A stretch of 64,000 bases of DNA from Prorocentrum cordatum (GCA_963575745.1 CAUYUJ010000048.1:434001-498000); one strand, 5' to 3'; positions 12,387 through 26,234 are shown, counted from the stretch's first letter. Program-made: numbers and translations. The notes: generated by a model not told the origin, from the letters alone.

Positions 12387-15184
12387 CCCCTATGCCTAAG
12401 ACTGGCACGCCAAAGAGCGATGACATTCTCAGGGATGCGCCCTCAAAAAAAGAAGGGAATCCCTAAGACTGGCACCGTGATGAGGAGATGCCCAGCATAA
12501 TGGAGGATGACGATTAATAAATGACCGGGGGTCGTGTTCACGCGGCGGCGCCCGGGATGACGACTAGAAAAAACCGGCCGCGGGCTGGAGAACGATTTTT
12601 TGAATCGTTCTCCTCTAGTCAGAAACTTATGCAGAAATATCAGAACACTTTTTTTTAATCGTTCTCTACCATTTTTTTAATGAATCGTCATCCCGCATTC
12701 GGGATAGGGATCTGTTCCAGGCTGGTAACCGTCCTGCCAGCGCCCGAGCACCGTTCGATCGGGACACCTCCACGGGGCCCGGGGCCCTCGACGGGGGCGC
12801 GCCCGTCCCCGACCCGCGCTCTCGAGGCCAGGTGGGCTTGTCACGTCGCCCCTGGGGTGCCCGTGCGTGCTTCGCGTGTGGGTCTTCGGCCGCGGAGTGT
12901 GTCTCGTCCGTCGGAGGAGGAGGAGGGTATCCATACCATACCTCTACCCTTTGCCCGTTTCCCCCTCTACGGGCCTCCTTGGAGGCCCTCGTCGCCACCG
13001 CCGGATTCGCCGCGATTTCCCGGTTAGGAAGCACCCCGGGAGAGGTCCTGGGAGTAGCGGTATCCGTACCTTTTGAGTTCCTCGGTTCGGGGTGTCCCCA
13101 TGGGGCTTTGGGCCCTTGGCGAAGGGGCACCTATTCCCAGCCCGCGTGTTTGTGGCCAGCTTCGGCTTTGACGGGTCCCACCGTGTCCTCGCGCGTAAGG
13201 CCTCGTGCTATTCGTCGCTCAGCCATTCTAGGGCCAGCTTCTGAGACGGGTTTTGGATCGTGCGCAACTAACATGTCTTGGAGACCGTCGGGAGCGGGGA
13301 TGCGGGCAACACGACGCGAGTCGGAGGCGCCGTTGAAAACTACAGGTGCTCTTGAGCACCACTTGGCACCAGAAGTTTCATACACCACTCCACTACGTGC
13401 CGAAAGGCACTGTGGCGCATCACATGAACACTCCATATTCTTGCAGTCAGAAGCAGGAGCTAGCAGATGGCACGGTCAGCTCTGCTTAGTTGTGGAAACT
13501 TGCGAGCCATGGTGAACGACGTCCTCGGACAACTAAAGCGCATCAGGAGGTCTACGGAACTCCGATAGTAGCGCGCAGGTTCTTCGAGAGAGTTGTTCAT
13601 CGTCATAATATTTGAAGTTGTTCGCGAGTTTGCGCCATGTAGTTGGGAGACAATCCTGGCCTCCTGTGTCACTCTTGCTTATCATCAGCCTGGAGCCCTT
13701 TGAGCCTTTGAGCTGCCCCTGGATACGAAATCGGCACCTTGATGCAGCTTGGCACAGCTCGTTGCATCTTAGAACACTTAGGCTAGTATATTCGGTTGGA
13801 CCTCATGGTTTAATCCGGCGTGGAGACCCAAGACGGTCGGTCTTGAATGGTTGCATTCGGCCCCCAGGAGGATGGGGGAGATATCGGGGGAAGTGGGAGA
13901 GGAGCAGGAGTGGGAGGAGCTAGGGGGAATGCATTTTTGCCTGCCGCGAGGCCCCCGTTAAGCCGCCGGACCCAAATCCGGACGGCGCATGCTGCGCTTC
14001 TCCGCGATGTTTGCCGCCACTATGCCGCTATTGTTGTTTTCATCCCTGCAGCGAGGAGAATGATTTGCAGAATGAGGAGGTGGAGCGTGAGGAGAAGTTG
14101 AGAGAGAATGACCTTGAAGGAGGAGGTCGAAGAAGCGACATGATGGTGGAGAGATGGGCTGGACGAAGGAGAAGATGAGGACGAGGACGAGGACGAGGAC
14201 AACAAGGATGGAGAAGTGGATGAGGAGGATGTTGTCGGAAGGAGAAGGAGGTGGAGGAGGAGCACAAGGGGATGATGAGGACAAGGAGAGGTGGAAGCGT
14301 GGAGGAAGAGGAGGAGTACAACGCCGAGGCAGGAGGAGGGACGAGGACGAGGACGGGGAGACAGAGAACAGCGTGGAGGGGGGAGACGGACAAGCGAGCA
14401 GCGAGGAGAGGCAGGAGGTCGCCGAGGAGGAGGAGGAGGAGGAGGAGGAGGAGGAGGAGGCGGGAGGAGGAGGAGGAGGAGGAGGAGGAGGAGGAGGAGT
14501 CGTGACGAGATAAAGGTGGAGGCGGGGGGGGAGGGAGTCGGAGGAGGGGGGGGGGCGGAGGCCGACCTCGTCCCCCCCTCCACACTGAGCCTCCACCTCT
14601 GCGAGGGGAGCGCGTCCGCCGCCCAGAGCTTCGGGAGGGGGCTCCCCTGCGGAGGGGTGCCGGGGGGGCGCACGGCCGAGCTGCCGCGGTCGAGCGACGC
14701 CTCCCCGCACGCACCGATGCCCTCCTCCTCCTCCTCCTCCTCCTCTCCTCCTCCTCCTCCTCCCCCTCCTCCTCCTCCTCCTCCAAAGTCCGCGAGAGCG
14801 GCAAGGCAGAGGGCAGGCGTGCGGCATCGAGAGCGTGGCTCGCCTGCCTGGGGGGGGCACTTGCAGAGGAGGAGCTAGCCCCTCCTCCTCCTCCTCCTCC
14901 TCCTCCTCCTCCTCCTGCTCCTCCTCCTCCTCCTACCCTTGCCTCGCTTTGCCCCTTTGGGGGGGCCTCATGTGAGGGCTCCGTCGCCACCGCGGGATTC
15001 GCCTCGAAATTCTGGTCGGAACGCACCCCAGGAGAGGGGGCCCAATCGGTACGTGTTGGTTTCCCGAGCTTGATCGCCGTGTGTGACGCCTAGCGTATGG
15101 AGCATTCCACGTTTGCTTTGGCTCACGATTGATTGCCTGCGTTTGCGCTAGTGTGAGTATGATTGCAATCGTGGACCCAGAAAC

Positions 15185-15505
15185 AATGACTGGTTGTAAT
15201 CTAGGCGGTGCAATCTAGGTGGTGCAATCAATGCGTTGCAATCTGGGCCGTGCAAAGAAATGCAAAGCAGGGCAACGCAATGCAGAGTATGTCAAAGTAA
15301 TGCAAAACAGTGCACAGCAATGCGAAACAACGCACTGTAATATAACGCAACGCGAGTGCAATGCAAAGCAAGGCAACTCAACGCAGCGCAGTGCAAAGCA
15401 GTGCAACGAAATTCAAACACATGCAATGCAGTTCAAAGCAATGCACAGCAATGCAAAACAGAGTTGTGCGATGTAAATCAATGCAGAGCAATGCGATTGC
15501 AGTGT
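15185..15505. repeat. Degenerate (TGCAA)n-like pentamer repeat
   Basis: Recurring GCAAT/TGCAA units. Confidence 0.75.
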
Positions 15506-16764
15506 AAATCAATCCTGCGGCGATGGGCGGCGACGACCTGGCTGGAACGCCTCTGAGGCTCAGTTGATTACCAGCGGCGACGGCGTTTGCGAAGGGCGGC
15601 GACGGGCGGCGACGAGTTTGCTGGACCACCACTGGAGCTCAATCACCTTAGAACAGAAGTTGCAAGCACTGTTTGGGGAAAAAGTGCTGGCTGACATGTA
15701 CATCCCTGATGCCTCGTTGTCGTCGTCTGTGTGGGGATTGACGGACAGCAAGGCCGAGCGTTTCGCTTAGAGAGCGAGCGAGTGATAGCCTCGTCGATCG
15801 GGCGAACAGTTGACTGACTAGATGGCTCGACACGCGAGCGGTCGGCGAGCCGGCAGAGGAACTAATTGATAACGGCTTTGGATGATTAAGTTCAACTGGT
15901 GAAGCGGTCAAAGTGGCAGAGGTGATCACCCATGACCCTTGGCCGAGGGTTCAAGGGCCCCCCCCCCACACCCCAGATGGGATGGTTCCCAGCGTCTTCC
16001 TGCCCATCCCACCCCCCATCCACCCCAGATGGGATGGGGGGGCGACGACGACGACGTCGAATACGATGACGAAGACGAGAAATGCGACGGCGACGACTGC
16101 GCCGCAGACGACCACGGCGACGGCGACGAGGACGCCGACGATCCGTGGACCTGTCCCGGAGGCCGACTCCCCTGTGCGCTGGAAGGTTGCAGCCCTTCCG
16201 CTTCCTGCCGCGCCACGGCACCTCGCCACACCACGCAGGGGTTGGCGGAGGGAGGCACCGCTCAGCACCACACCAGGACACACAGCACCACACCAGGCGA
16301 CGGGCATGGGGCGGCGATCTGGCGGTGAGGTGATCCCGTTGGCATTCAGTTCCGATTTCTTCATTCTTGTTGAGTGCACATGGGCGGGTATTGACGCTGG
16401 GCATGAGTTTGCCGGTGGCCATCACAGAAGGTTGCTGAGCGTGACGGAGAGGGAACTTGTTGCCGAGTGTGACGGCGTGTTGGGTTGCCATCTCCGTCGA
16501 GGGTGTCGCCAAGTTGAATCTGGAAATGTCTTTGGTTGGCGTTGCCCCTTCGGAGTATGTGTGGTTCGGGTGGCCGTGATTGTGTCTTGTCGCTCGACGG
16601 CGCTGGATTGATTGCATATTCAAATTTCAGCTGCTTGCGGCAAGTCTGGCCACCTTGCTAGCCTAGTTTTCTGGGTTTCGACTGTTCGAGGGGGCACGGG
16701 AAGCCCTCACGGGTGACACCTCGTGTCTCCAGGCTTGGGTGAGCCGTGAAAAGGATGCTCAGGA

Positions 16765-16978
16765 TTATGAGGATGATTGATGGTGGTGGTGGTGGTGGTG
16801 ATAATAATAATACTGCTGAGGATAATGATGACGATGTCGACAACGACGACGGCGATGATATGATGCTGATGACAGGGTGATGGCGATTCTGATGATGAAG
16901 GTGGCGAGTCTGATTCTGATGATGATGTTGCTGCTGCTGATGATGCTTATGATGATGACGGTGGTGATGAGGATGATG

Positions 16979-17025
<47 letters not shown>

Positions 17026-17400
17026 AATGGTCATGGTCATGGTCATGGTCATTGAGATGGTGATGTGATGGTGATGGTTATGGGGTTGATGACGATTACC
17101 CTGATGCTGGTGATGATGATAATGGTAGTGGTGGTGGCTGATGATGATGATGATGATGATGGTGGCAAACATTGTTATCCTATGGTGTTGGTGGCAATAG
17201 TGATGATTACCATCATGATGCTGATGACGATTATGCTGATGATAGTGATGATGTCGATGATGCTGATGTGATGCTGATGCTGATGCTGATGATGCTGGTG
17301 ATGATGATGGTGATGCTGATGCTGCTGATGATGATGTTGATGATGCTGACGATGACGATGCTTCTGCTGTTGATGATGATGATGATGATGATGATGATGC

Positions 17401-17436
<36 letters not shown>

Positions 17437-17437
17437 C
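16765..17437. repeat. Degenerate (GAT)n microsatellite
   Basis: Direct reading. The poly-Met/Ile ORFs here are artefacts. Confidence 0.95.
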
Positions 17438-18455
17438 GAAATTCGTTTCAACTTCCTTAGGGCGGCCCTGGCCTCTCGTGAGGCAGTCTAGGGGGTCCCT
17501 TGGGTCCCTCTTGGGCCGTCTTGCCGCCCTCTTACCACGCTTGGGGCTCCCTTGGGCCGTCTGGGGGTCATCTTGTCCGTAGGGTGGGTGCCTGGTGGGC
17601 GCTGGCGGGCCGGCTTGGGCTGTCGACGGGAGTTCTAAGGCCGTCGTGGGTCCCCCGGGGTGCCTCTTTAGGCTGCCTCTGGGTTGTTCCGGATGCTTCT
17701 CGGACCATCGCGTACTTCCCTTTTCTGGGCCACCGCCTTGGATGCTTCTTGGGCCATCTGGATGCTTCTTGCTTCTTTGGCCACCGCCCTGAGCTGAGAA
17801 CAGCTCGAAAAGGGGAGAATGCTAAAACTGGTCTAGCCACACACGGGAAATCAATGATGTTGGCTTCTCCTGACCCTGTTGGAGGTCCTCTTGTAGCCAT
17901 TGTGGGACCTGTTGCAGGCATATGGGGCAGTCTTTCGTCGATATTCGGTGGCCTTTGGGTCAGAGTAAGGTCGTCGTCGAGGCATCTTGGGCCATCTTGG
18001 CGTCCTTGGCTGCCTGCACGGGCCGCCTTGTAAGCTCGGGGCGCATACCCGCCGTTTTAAGGGAGGATCGCTGCTTTGGAGGCCCTGGAGCCCTTGGGAG
18101 CAGCGCCTGGGAATGAGGGGTCTAGGAGTTCGCATCCATGCAGGAAGTGCACAATCCTCGAGAGGGTTCAGGCATTAGCTGCCATGTGGCAAGAGCACCA
18201 TCCTCGAGCGGGCGCCCGTGGAAGGGGCAGTTCAGGCATTAGCTGCCATGCGGGGAGCGCACCGTCCTTGAGCGGGCATGTGCATCATCCTCGAGCGGGC
18301 ACGAGGGAAATGGCCTGGGAAAGAGGGGTCGATGCACGCAAGCGTTTGCTGGTAGAGGGAGGGGCGGCCCCGCATTAGAATTCAAGAAACCCTACGGGGC
18401 AGACCTTTGCATTCTTCCGCGCCTCAACGTGCCAGGGGGCACGGCGGCGGATCAT

Positions 18456-18522
<67 letters not shown>

Positions 18523-18900
18523 TATTGCAGTGGCGCTTCGGGCCATGCACCTTGGTCCTTAGAGTTTGGCATGCAGGCGGAATAGCAGGAAGATCATAAC
18601 TCCTTGTTGCCTTTTCTGGCATCGCCGCCATAATAATCTGATTCGCTGTCCTTCCTCAATGCTTCTTTTTCTTTATTTTCGCCATACCCTGCGCATTCTC
18701 CCCATCCTCCTCAGCTCTTTTTTGCGGAGGCTCCTCCTTGGAGGGCCCCTGAGGGCCTCACAAAAGTTGTTTCAGGCTTTCTTAAGGCCTTCTGGAGGCC
18801 TTCTGGGCGTATTTTTGGGGCCTCTGGGGGCTTCCTCGGGCCACCCTGCCTCCAACCGCGGTCTCCCTGAACGACCGGGTCACGATTTGGTCGGGTATGG

Positions 18901-19100
18901 CCAGGACCCCAGGTAAGGGGACCCAGTTAGTGGTAGGGCCCCGGAGCCTTTGAATTAGCCAGAATCACTAAACCAGGTTTGCCATAGCTGGTGTTTTTTC
19001 GGGTGACGGCAGTTCCGGTTAGTGGAAATGGGACGGGGGGGCGCCCCCTGTACAGATCACTAAACCAGGTTCCACTAAACCCAGTTCTGCCAACGCCCGA
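18901..19100. repeat. Dispersed ~200-bp repeat (second copy at 2856-3056)
   Basis: Shared CCAGGACCCCAGGTAAGGGGACCC ... CCACTAAACCCAGTTCTGCCAACGCCCGA. More diverged relatives at about 11030-11210 and 12000-12180. Confidence 0.8.
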
Positions 19101-19644
19101 CTTGGAATGCTTCGGAGGGTGTCTTGGGGCCATCTTGGGCCGCCATGGGGCTCTCTGAGGGCCATCTTGGACCCGTGTTGTGCCGTTTTGGGGCTCTCTT
19201 GGACTGCCTGGAAGCCCTTGCGGATGGTTGTGGGGCGATTTGGGAGCCTCCCAGGCGGCTTCGGACACCCAGAAGATCACCGTCTTGGAGCGTCGGGAAG
19301 CCGAAAAGAGGAGAACCCCCAAATTAACCAAAAACCAACAGAAAATCAATGATGTTTGCCTCTTGGGGCCTTCTTGGGAGTGCTCTTGGAGGCCACCTTG
19401 GGGCTGTTCTGGAGGCATCTTGGGCCATCTTGAGGTCACGTCGGTCACTCTTGGGGCGCTCTTGTGCTGTCCTGGGGGTCTCTGGGACGTCTCCGATGAC
19501 CCCCCTGATCGCCCTAGGTGTGCTGGGAAGGCTTGGCAAAACCCCCTGCGAGGCCCGGCGGGCCGCTGCGAGGCCCGTCTGGAGGGTCCCAAAGCACCTT
19601 CCCCCCCGCCCGGGCTTATAAAAATATAGGAAAAGGAATGAATG

Positions 19645-19690
<46 letters not shown>

Positions 19691-22600
19691 AAGAAAGGGA
19701 AAGAGAGAGAGAGAGAGAGAAACAGAGACAGAGGCAGATACAGAGAACGAGAGACAGAAGAGAAAGATGGGGAGAGAGACGCACAGGCAGAGGCTTTCCG
19801 ACAGGGAGAGAGAGAGAGTGAGAGGCGCATTTACGCCGCAAAGTATTATTGCGAGTTATGCGTCTGCATTTGCGCCCAGGACGCGTTCTTGCGGCAGCTT
19901 GGTGTGCGCAATGGCTGGGCGGAGGCGAGGACGTGTCTTGCCTATGTGCATTTGCTTTGATGTTTCTCTCTACGGCCTGCGTCGCTTTCAGGATAGCCTG
20001 CAACGCGATCGCACCGACTCCCCCGCCTCCCAGAGCATGGAACATAGTTAGAGTAGGGCCCGGGCCCACGAAGTTGCACAGCTGCGACGGATACGACCCG
20101 CAGGCAGACACAATAATGTGTATGACTAGCGCGTGGTCGTCAGCCTGTCGATTCCGTCGTGCACTACCCTTTGTCGTCTCATCGTCGTGCCTCTTGCTCC
20201 GCTATAGGGAAGCAAAGTGGGGAGTACGGTGGTGCCGTGGGGGCGCGCTGATTCGGAGGGCTCTGCTTGGCGACCGTGATGCTAGCTAGCTTCACTGGAG
20301 AAGTGCGGGCGCGGTGCCTCGGAGAGCGAATCGTGATGTTCGGATGCAGCTCCTGGGAGGTCCAATCCTGACTTCGCCCTGGTCCGAAGTCTCACTTAAT
20401 ATGGCTCAATTCCGCTTAGCCCGGCTTGGTCCAGCTTAGTCCGGCTCAGTCCCGCTTGCCGAATCCCGCTTACCAGCCCCCCGATGAGGCTTACTCCTCT
20501 TTAACATCTTTTGGACGAAGACCTCCCAGTAGTTGCCTCCTAAGTGAAGCGGTCGAATTGTCAGATGGGGGAGGGGACTTGGACATCGGAGCAGCCACGG
20601 CAAGGCTAGCGACCCTGGCAAGGGCCCGGCGTGCAACTCGACGCGGGTATAGGTTAGGTGGCCAAGTAAGGGAGCTTCTGTTCGACCCAAGGAGTTTTTC
20701 CAATTATTGCTTAATGAGATTTAGTGGGCGCTCCCGTGGGCACATTTTGGGTTTCAGTGGGATTTAGTGGGGTCGCAGGTGGGATTCAGTGGGATCTGGT
20801 GGGTTTGGTGGGGGCCACTAATCGCAATGACTAGACGCTCGTGCGACTACCTGAGGCTCAAATGCACTGCCACCTAACATAATCAATCATGGGGCGCGAA
20901 GATGCCCGTCGGAAGCAGGGTTCACAACTCGTGTGGTTCGGTATGCACCGCGCGGTCCTATCCAGGCGCATATCGGGCCCAAGATCCGTGGACGTACCTT
21001 CCTGGCCAGGCCAGGAAGCCGCTCTCACCCATCCAGGGGCCACGGGGAGCCCTTGGATCGTCCTGGCGCGCACTTGGCGTATGCCCCCTGGTGTGGGCCA
21101 GACGGATTCAGCCGATCGGAGGCGGCACCGTGTTGCCGTGCAGACGCGCTGCGGCACACTGCCGGGGAAGCATGCCCGCGGTGCCCGCGGCGCAGGGGGA
21201 CGGCGGGCTCCTTGCACGCGGCAAGGCCAGTGCCCGAGGCGGTGTGTGTGTGTGTGTGTGTGTGTGTTCGTGCAGCTGCTTCGAGAGAGACGTCTGGAGA
21301 GCGGCCAGCGTTTTTTTGTGGGTTCATTTACAGGGCTGGGTGGGGCTCCAGGAGGCGGCTGAGGCACCCCAGATGCTCAGGGACAGGTCGTGGCGTCCTC
21401 GTGCTTCTCCGCGATCATCCGCTCCCCCCCAACTTCTCATCTTCGTATTCGTGCTTCCTTGTTCCGCCCATTCCCCTCCCCTTCTTTACCCTCCTATGTC
21501 TTTGAGCTTCCCGTTCCGCACTCGCAATCTCCCATGATCTCACCCACGCCTAAAGAGCCCAGCGCACACCCCCGCCAGTTTGTCAACGAGAAGACCGGAG
21601 AGAAGGTGTTCAAGAACGTACTGACTGGCGAGAAAACCAACAGGACGTGTGGTCTTGCTGAGCGACTCCCCTCTTTTGCGCCGTGGATGTGCCCCTTGCC
21701 TTGGGGGCTGTGAGGGCTGGGGAGGTGAATGGATTTGGCGGCCGCGAGCAGCTAAGTGTGGCCCGAGTCGAGGGGGGGGGGGAGTCGAAGGGGGGGGGCC
21801 CGCTAAGAGGGCAGTCGGCTCCTCGGAAGCCCTCCCGCCTTCTGAGAGGCCTTCGTACAGGGGAGGCCCGTGCGAAGAGACACCCTTCTTGCCTCCTGGG
21901 TGCCTTGGGTCTCTTGGGTCTCGATGGCTTTGCGATGAACGGCGTGACGCCCCACGCAAGAGGACGATGGACGCCCTGGGGTCTTAGGGTTGGGTTTCTT
22001 GTGGAAGGTCTCTCGTGGTCGGGCCCCTGCCGTAGAAGCCCCCTCGGGCCCCTCCAGTCGTGCCCCCGCATTCGCAGAACGCCGCCCCGCCTCGCCGCGT
22101 CCCCTCAGTGGCGCGCCGCCACCGAGGTCGGGGACGTGACAACCGTGGTGAGATCTCGGCCACGCGCAGGAGGGGGGAGGAGGAGGAGGAGGAGGAGGAG
22201 GAAGAGGAGAAAGAGGAGGAGGATGAAGAGGAAGAAGAAGAAGCATAATAACAATAATAAGAAAACGAATTATTCACTGCGTGGAGCTCCCCATATGTGC
22301 ATCTACTCGCATGGACCTGTCCGCCGTGAATGTCTAGGCGCAAGAGCTTTCGAATATTAACGGGCTTCAGTTGTGACGGTCTGGACATCAATCTAACTGT
22401 GAATGAATTGGAGTGTGAATGAGCCTCAGTAGTACGAGCGCGTCTCTGTGCATGAGCCTGGGGCCTCCTGGGGCCTCCTGAAACCTACTGGGGCTTCCTG
22501 GGGTCTCCAGGAGCCTCTTGGGACCTCCTGGGACCTCCTAGGAAGGTTTCGTGCCCCAGGGGAGGCGCAATCTATAGCAACAGACGTACATAAAACATTG

Positions 22601-23169
22601 CGGATTAGAGCCACAGGAGAAGGGCAATATATAGGAACACGCGTAAAACACCAAGGACTCGTGCCCCAGGAGAGGCCCAATACATAGGAACATGAGTAAA
22701 ACATTTAGGATTGTGTACACAGGAGAAGGACCATCTATAGAAACATACGTAGAACATCAAAGAATCGTGCTCCAGGTGAGGCCCAATCGATAGGAGCATA
22801 CGTAAAACACATGGGATTGGAGCCACTCCTGTTGCCTTCTGAGGCCTCCTGCTCCTGGGGCCTCTCGGGGCCTCCTGTTGCCTTCCGAGGCCTCCTGGCG
22901 CTTCCTGTTGCCTCCTGGGGCCTCCTGTGGTTTCCTGAAGCCTTCTGGAGCTTCCTGGGGCCTCCTGGAGCCTCTTGGGACATCCTGTGGCCTCTTGAGT
23001 CTTTCTGTGGCCTCCTGATGCCTCCTGGGACCTCATGTGGTCTCCTGGAGCCTCCTGGAGCCTGTTGGAGCCTCCTGTGGCATCCTGAGAAGAATCTGCG
23101 CCCACGAGCCTGGCCACCAAAACTAGCAAACCGATCGAGACATCCTCAAAATCTGGCCCACCTGGGGGG

Positions 23170-23930
23170 TGAAAATGAGCGCCCGCTCGAGACATCCTCC
23201 AAATCTGCTCCGAAAGCGAAGGATGTTGGGCCCAGAAACAGGCAAACCGCCTGAGACATCCCCACAAAATGGCCGCGAACGAGCCCGTGCAACCACCCCT
23301 GGCGGCTCCCCTTAGGGGTGCTGAAATGAGCGCCTCGCTCGAGACATCCTCCAAATCTGCTCCGAAAGCGAAGGATGTTGGGCACAGAAACAGGCAAACC
23401 GCCTGAGACATCCCCACACAATGGCCGCGAACGAGCCCGTGCAACCACCCCTGGCGGCTCCCCTTAGGGGTGCTGAAATGAGCGCCTCGCTCGAGACATC
23501 CTCCAAATCTGCTCCGAAAGCGAAGGATGTTGGGCACAGAAACAGGCAAACCGCCTGAGACATCCCCACAAAATGGCCGCGAACGAGCCCGTGCAACCAC
23601 CCCTGGCGGCTCCCCTTAGGGGTGCTGAAATGAGCGCCTCGCTCGAGACATCCTCCAAATCTGCTCCGAAAGCGAAGGATGTTGGGCACAGAAACAGGCA
23701 AACCGCCTGAGACATCCCCACAAAATGGCCGCGAACGAGCCCGTGCAACCACCCCTGGCGGCTCCCCTTAGGGGTGCTGAAATGAGCGCCTCGCTCGAGA
23801 CATCCTCCAAATCTGCTCCGAAAGCGAAGGATGTTGGGCACAGAAACAGGCAAACCGCCTGAGACATCCCCACAAAATGGCCGCGAACGAGCCCGTGCAA
23901 CCACCCCTGGCGGCTCCCCTTAGGGGTGCT
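23170..23930. repeat. 152-bp tandem satellite, 5 copies
   Basis: GAAATGAGCGCCTCGCTCGAGACATCCTCC recurs at 23323, 23475, 23627 and 23779, with a variant near 23172. Confidence 0.97.
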
Positions 23931-24130
23931 GAGTATGAGTAAGTCTGTGTATGAGTAAGTCTGTGTATGTGTACGTCTGGGTATGACTAATACTGTGTAT
24001 GAGTAAGTCTGTGTATGAGTAAGTCTGTATATGAGTATGTCTGAGTGTGAGTAAGTCTGAGTATGAGTAGGTCTGAGTATGAGTAAGTCTGAGTATGAGT
24101 AAGTCTGTGTATGAGCAAGTCTGAGTATGT
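23930..24130. repeat. 16-bp minisatellite GTATGAGTAAGTCTGW
   Basis: About 12 tandem units directly after the 152-bp array. Confidence 0.92.
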
Positions 24131-25249
24131 CCGACAGGAGGGGAGGAGAAAAGAGGAGGAGGAAGGAGGAGGAGTAGGAGGCGTCCAAGTAATAACAAGA
24201 ACCCCATCTTAGGATATGGGGAATAAGAAGAAGAGGAGGGGGAGGAGAAGGAAGGGGAGGGGAGGGGGAGGGGGAGGGGAGGGGGGGAGGGGGAGGAGGA
24301 TGAGGAGGAGGAGAAGGAGGAGGAGGAGGGAGAGGGGGGAAGGCTTCTTAGAACACCCTGCGTCTTAGAAGGCGCGGGCCTTCTCTGTAAGTGTGAGGCC
24401 CGCGCCTTCTAAGAAGCAGCCTCCTTCTCAGAAGCCTTCCCCCTCTCCCCCTAATCGCCTTCTGCGCGCCGCCAAAGATAGGCGTTTGCCGTTTACCCGT
24501 GGATGTGCGAGCAGGGTCAGCATTGCGGGATCGTGCGGAGGTTACGAGGATAAGATTGGGGTCGAGAGAGCCATGAGCAAACCACGAGTGCGGAAGGGCT
24601 TGGAGCGAGCGTACTCCGTCAAGGTCGTCGCATGGAGGTCCCGACGACGTCTGGTCGTGTATTGCGGCCGCCTGAGGCATTCCGACGTGCCACGCGATCT
24701 CAGCGTAGTGCTCCCCTTGGGGACAGCTGGAGTAGACCCGAAGGTATGCTCACCATCATGGTGAGGGCCATCCTTGAAGGGGGGTCTCGGCGCGAGACGG
24801 AATGCGCAGGTGTTCTCGGTTTTTGGCGGTGCACGCATCGAGAAAAGTGCCATCGATGAGCGAGTTTGAGTGCGAGGGCCTGCTCGCTTATGCTCGCCCA
24901 GCACGCGGCCGGCCTGCTCAATGCTGCCGCGGCCTGCCAGGATGCCCACGGATTACCACACCTCGATCTCCAACGTGGCCTCCTCAGCGGCAGAGAAGCG
25001 TCTTTTTTCACCATCCGGCTCTCCGACTGCATCCTCGTTCATCACCCCTCCTCCTTCTCCTCCTCGTCCTCCCTCTCCTGCACTCCTCTCCCCGGAACGT
25101 CGGCACGTCTCCGCGGGAGTTCTCCTGGCTCTCCCGCGATGCCCTTCCTCGTGGCAGGGGGCGTCGCGGCTCCCGCTGCGGGAGAAGGGGGAAGGGAAGC
25201 GCGACGAGGGCAGAGGGACGTCGCTCTGCCTGGGAGATGTCCGTCTGAG

Positions 25250-25462
25250 GGATCGGGGGCGGCGAAGAGGGGGGTGATGACTATAAGGGGGGTGGATATC
25301 ATGGCGGGGGCCATGATATTTTCCCAGATTTCACGGCGCCTCGTCTTATTTCATTACGTCCCTGGCCCCCCCGTTGGGACGCGCACATGCCGCCGGTCAT
25401 GATTTGCCCCCCCCCCCCCCCCCCCCTTCCCTCTTGGACGCCCCCCTCTTGGCCGACCCCGA
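25250..25462. mobile_element. MITE family B (~200 bp), copy 1
   Basis: TCGGGGGCGGCGAAGAGGGGGG ... CCCCCCTCTTGGCCGACCCCGA inverted ends. Near-identical copies at 57851-58048 and 61357-61550. Confidence 0.8.
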
Positions 25463-25714
25463 GAGGGAGGAGAGGCGGCACTGGCACCAGTCCCGTGAGG
25501 CGGGTCCTCAGGGAAACGGGGCGCCGAGGCGTCTCGCGCGCCGCTCCGGCTTCCACGGGGCCCTCGGCGGGCCCCTGGCGGATGGCATGAGAACGGCTGG
25601 AGGCCGAGAAGCTGGCCATGGGGAAGGGCCCCGGGGTCCAGGTCCCATTCCCTTCAGGGCCCTTTCGGAGGGGTTCTCCGAAGGGCTCGGGCGACCTCGC
25701 ATCCGCCGCCTCCT

Positions 25715-25748
<34 letters not shown>

Positions 25749-26094
25749 CTCCTCCTCCTCCTCCTCCTCCTCCTCCTCGGGTCGCCTACGGCCCCGGGGG
25801 AAGCCGTGCAGGCCCGTTGGCCTCGCGCCAGACCAGCGGGTGCCGCGGGTCCGCCGTGGCTCCCGGAGCGGCCGGCCGGAGATGTCTCCAGCGGGGCGCC
25901 GAGAGGCAGCGGCACCGCGCCGCCGCGGGGGCAGTCTGCGGCTCCCAGGAAGTGACTGTGCTGGCGTCGGGCTGCAAGCTCAGCATCGTCTCACCGATCC
26001 CCATCCCGGCCCATCCCCACAAGGACATGTCTCAGCCCCACCAGCCCAGCCGCCCAGGTGGGCATATGACGCTCAGGCGTGTCACCGCCCGGGG

Positions 26095-26210
26095 TTAAGT
26101 CGGGCATGTCCCGCTGCAGGAGGAATATTCAAACATAGTGAAACATGTTCTAGAGACAATTTGAACAATAACTGGGATATGTTTTAACTTTCTTCCGAAA
26201 TCTGCCTGTA
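26095..26210. mobile_element. MITE family A, copy 4 (target of the large transposon; its last bases resume at 44098-44117)
   Basis: Starts TTAAGTCGGGCATGTCCCGCTGCAGG and breaks at AAATCTGCCTG-TA. The missing GGGGGACATTCCCGACCTA follows 44097. Confidence 0.88.
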
Positions 26211-26234
26211 CTTGGATGGCCGCGGCGGCTGCTA

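Larger units (their letters stand above)
10309..12495. repeat. Local segmental duplication
   Basis: About 10997-11525 recurs at about 11963-12495, and about 10309-10495 recurs at about 11588-11772. Confidence 0.85.

Noticed and set aside
16340..16623. Possible LINE endonuclease remnant on the minus strand (also 13100-13850)
   Set aside because: Only faint motif resemblance and no RT core, so it cannot be supported without a profile search.
23170..23930. CRISPR-like regular array (also 35172-35323, 44157-44812, 63080-64000)
   Set aside because: Units repeat in full with no unique spacers, there are no cas genes, and the context is eukaryotic.
26209..26210. TA as part of the TIR rather than a TSD
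   Set aside because: Sister MITE copies show a single TA (CCTGTAGGGGG) at this site, so the TA is duplicated.
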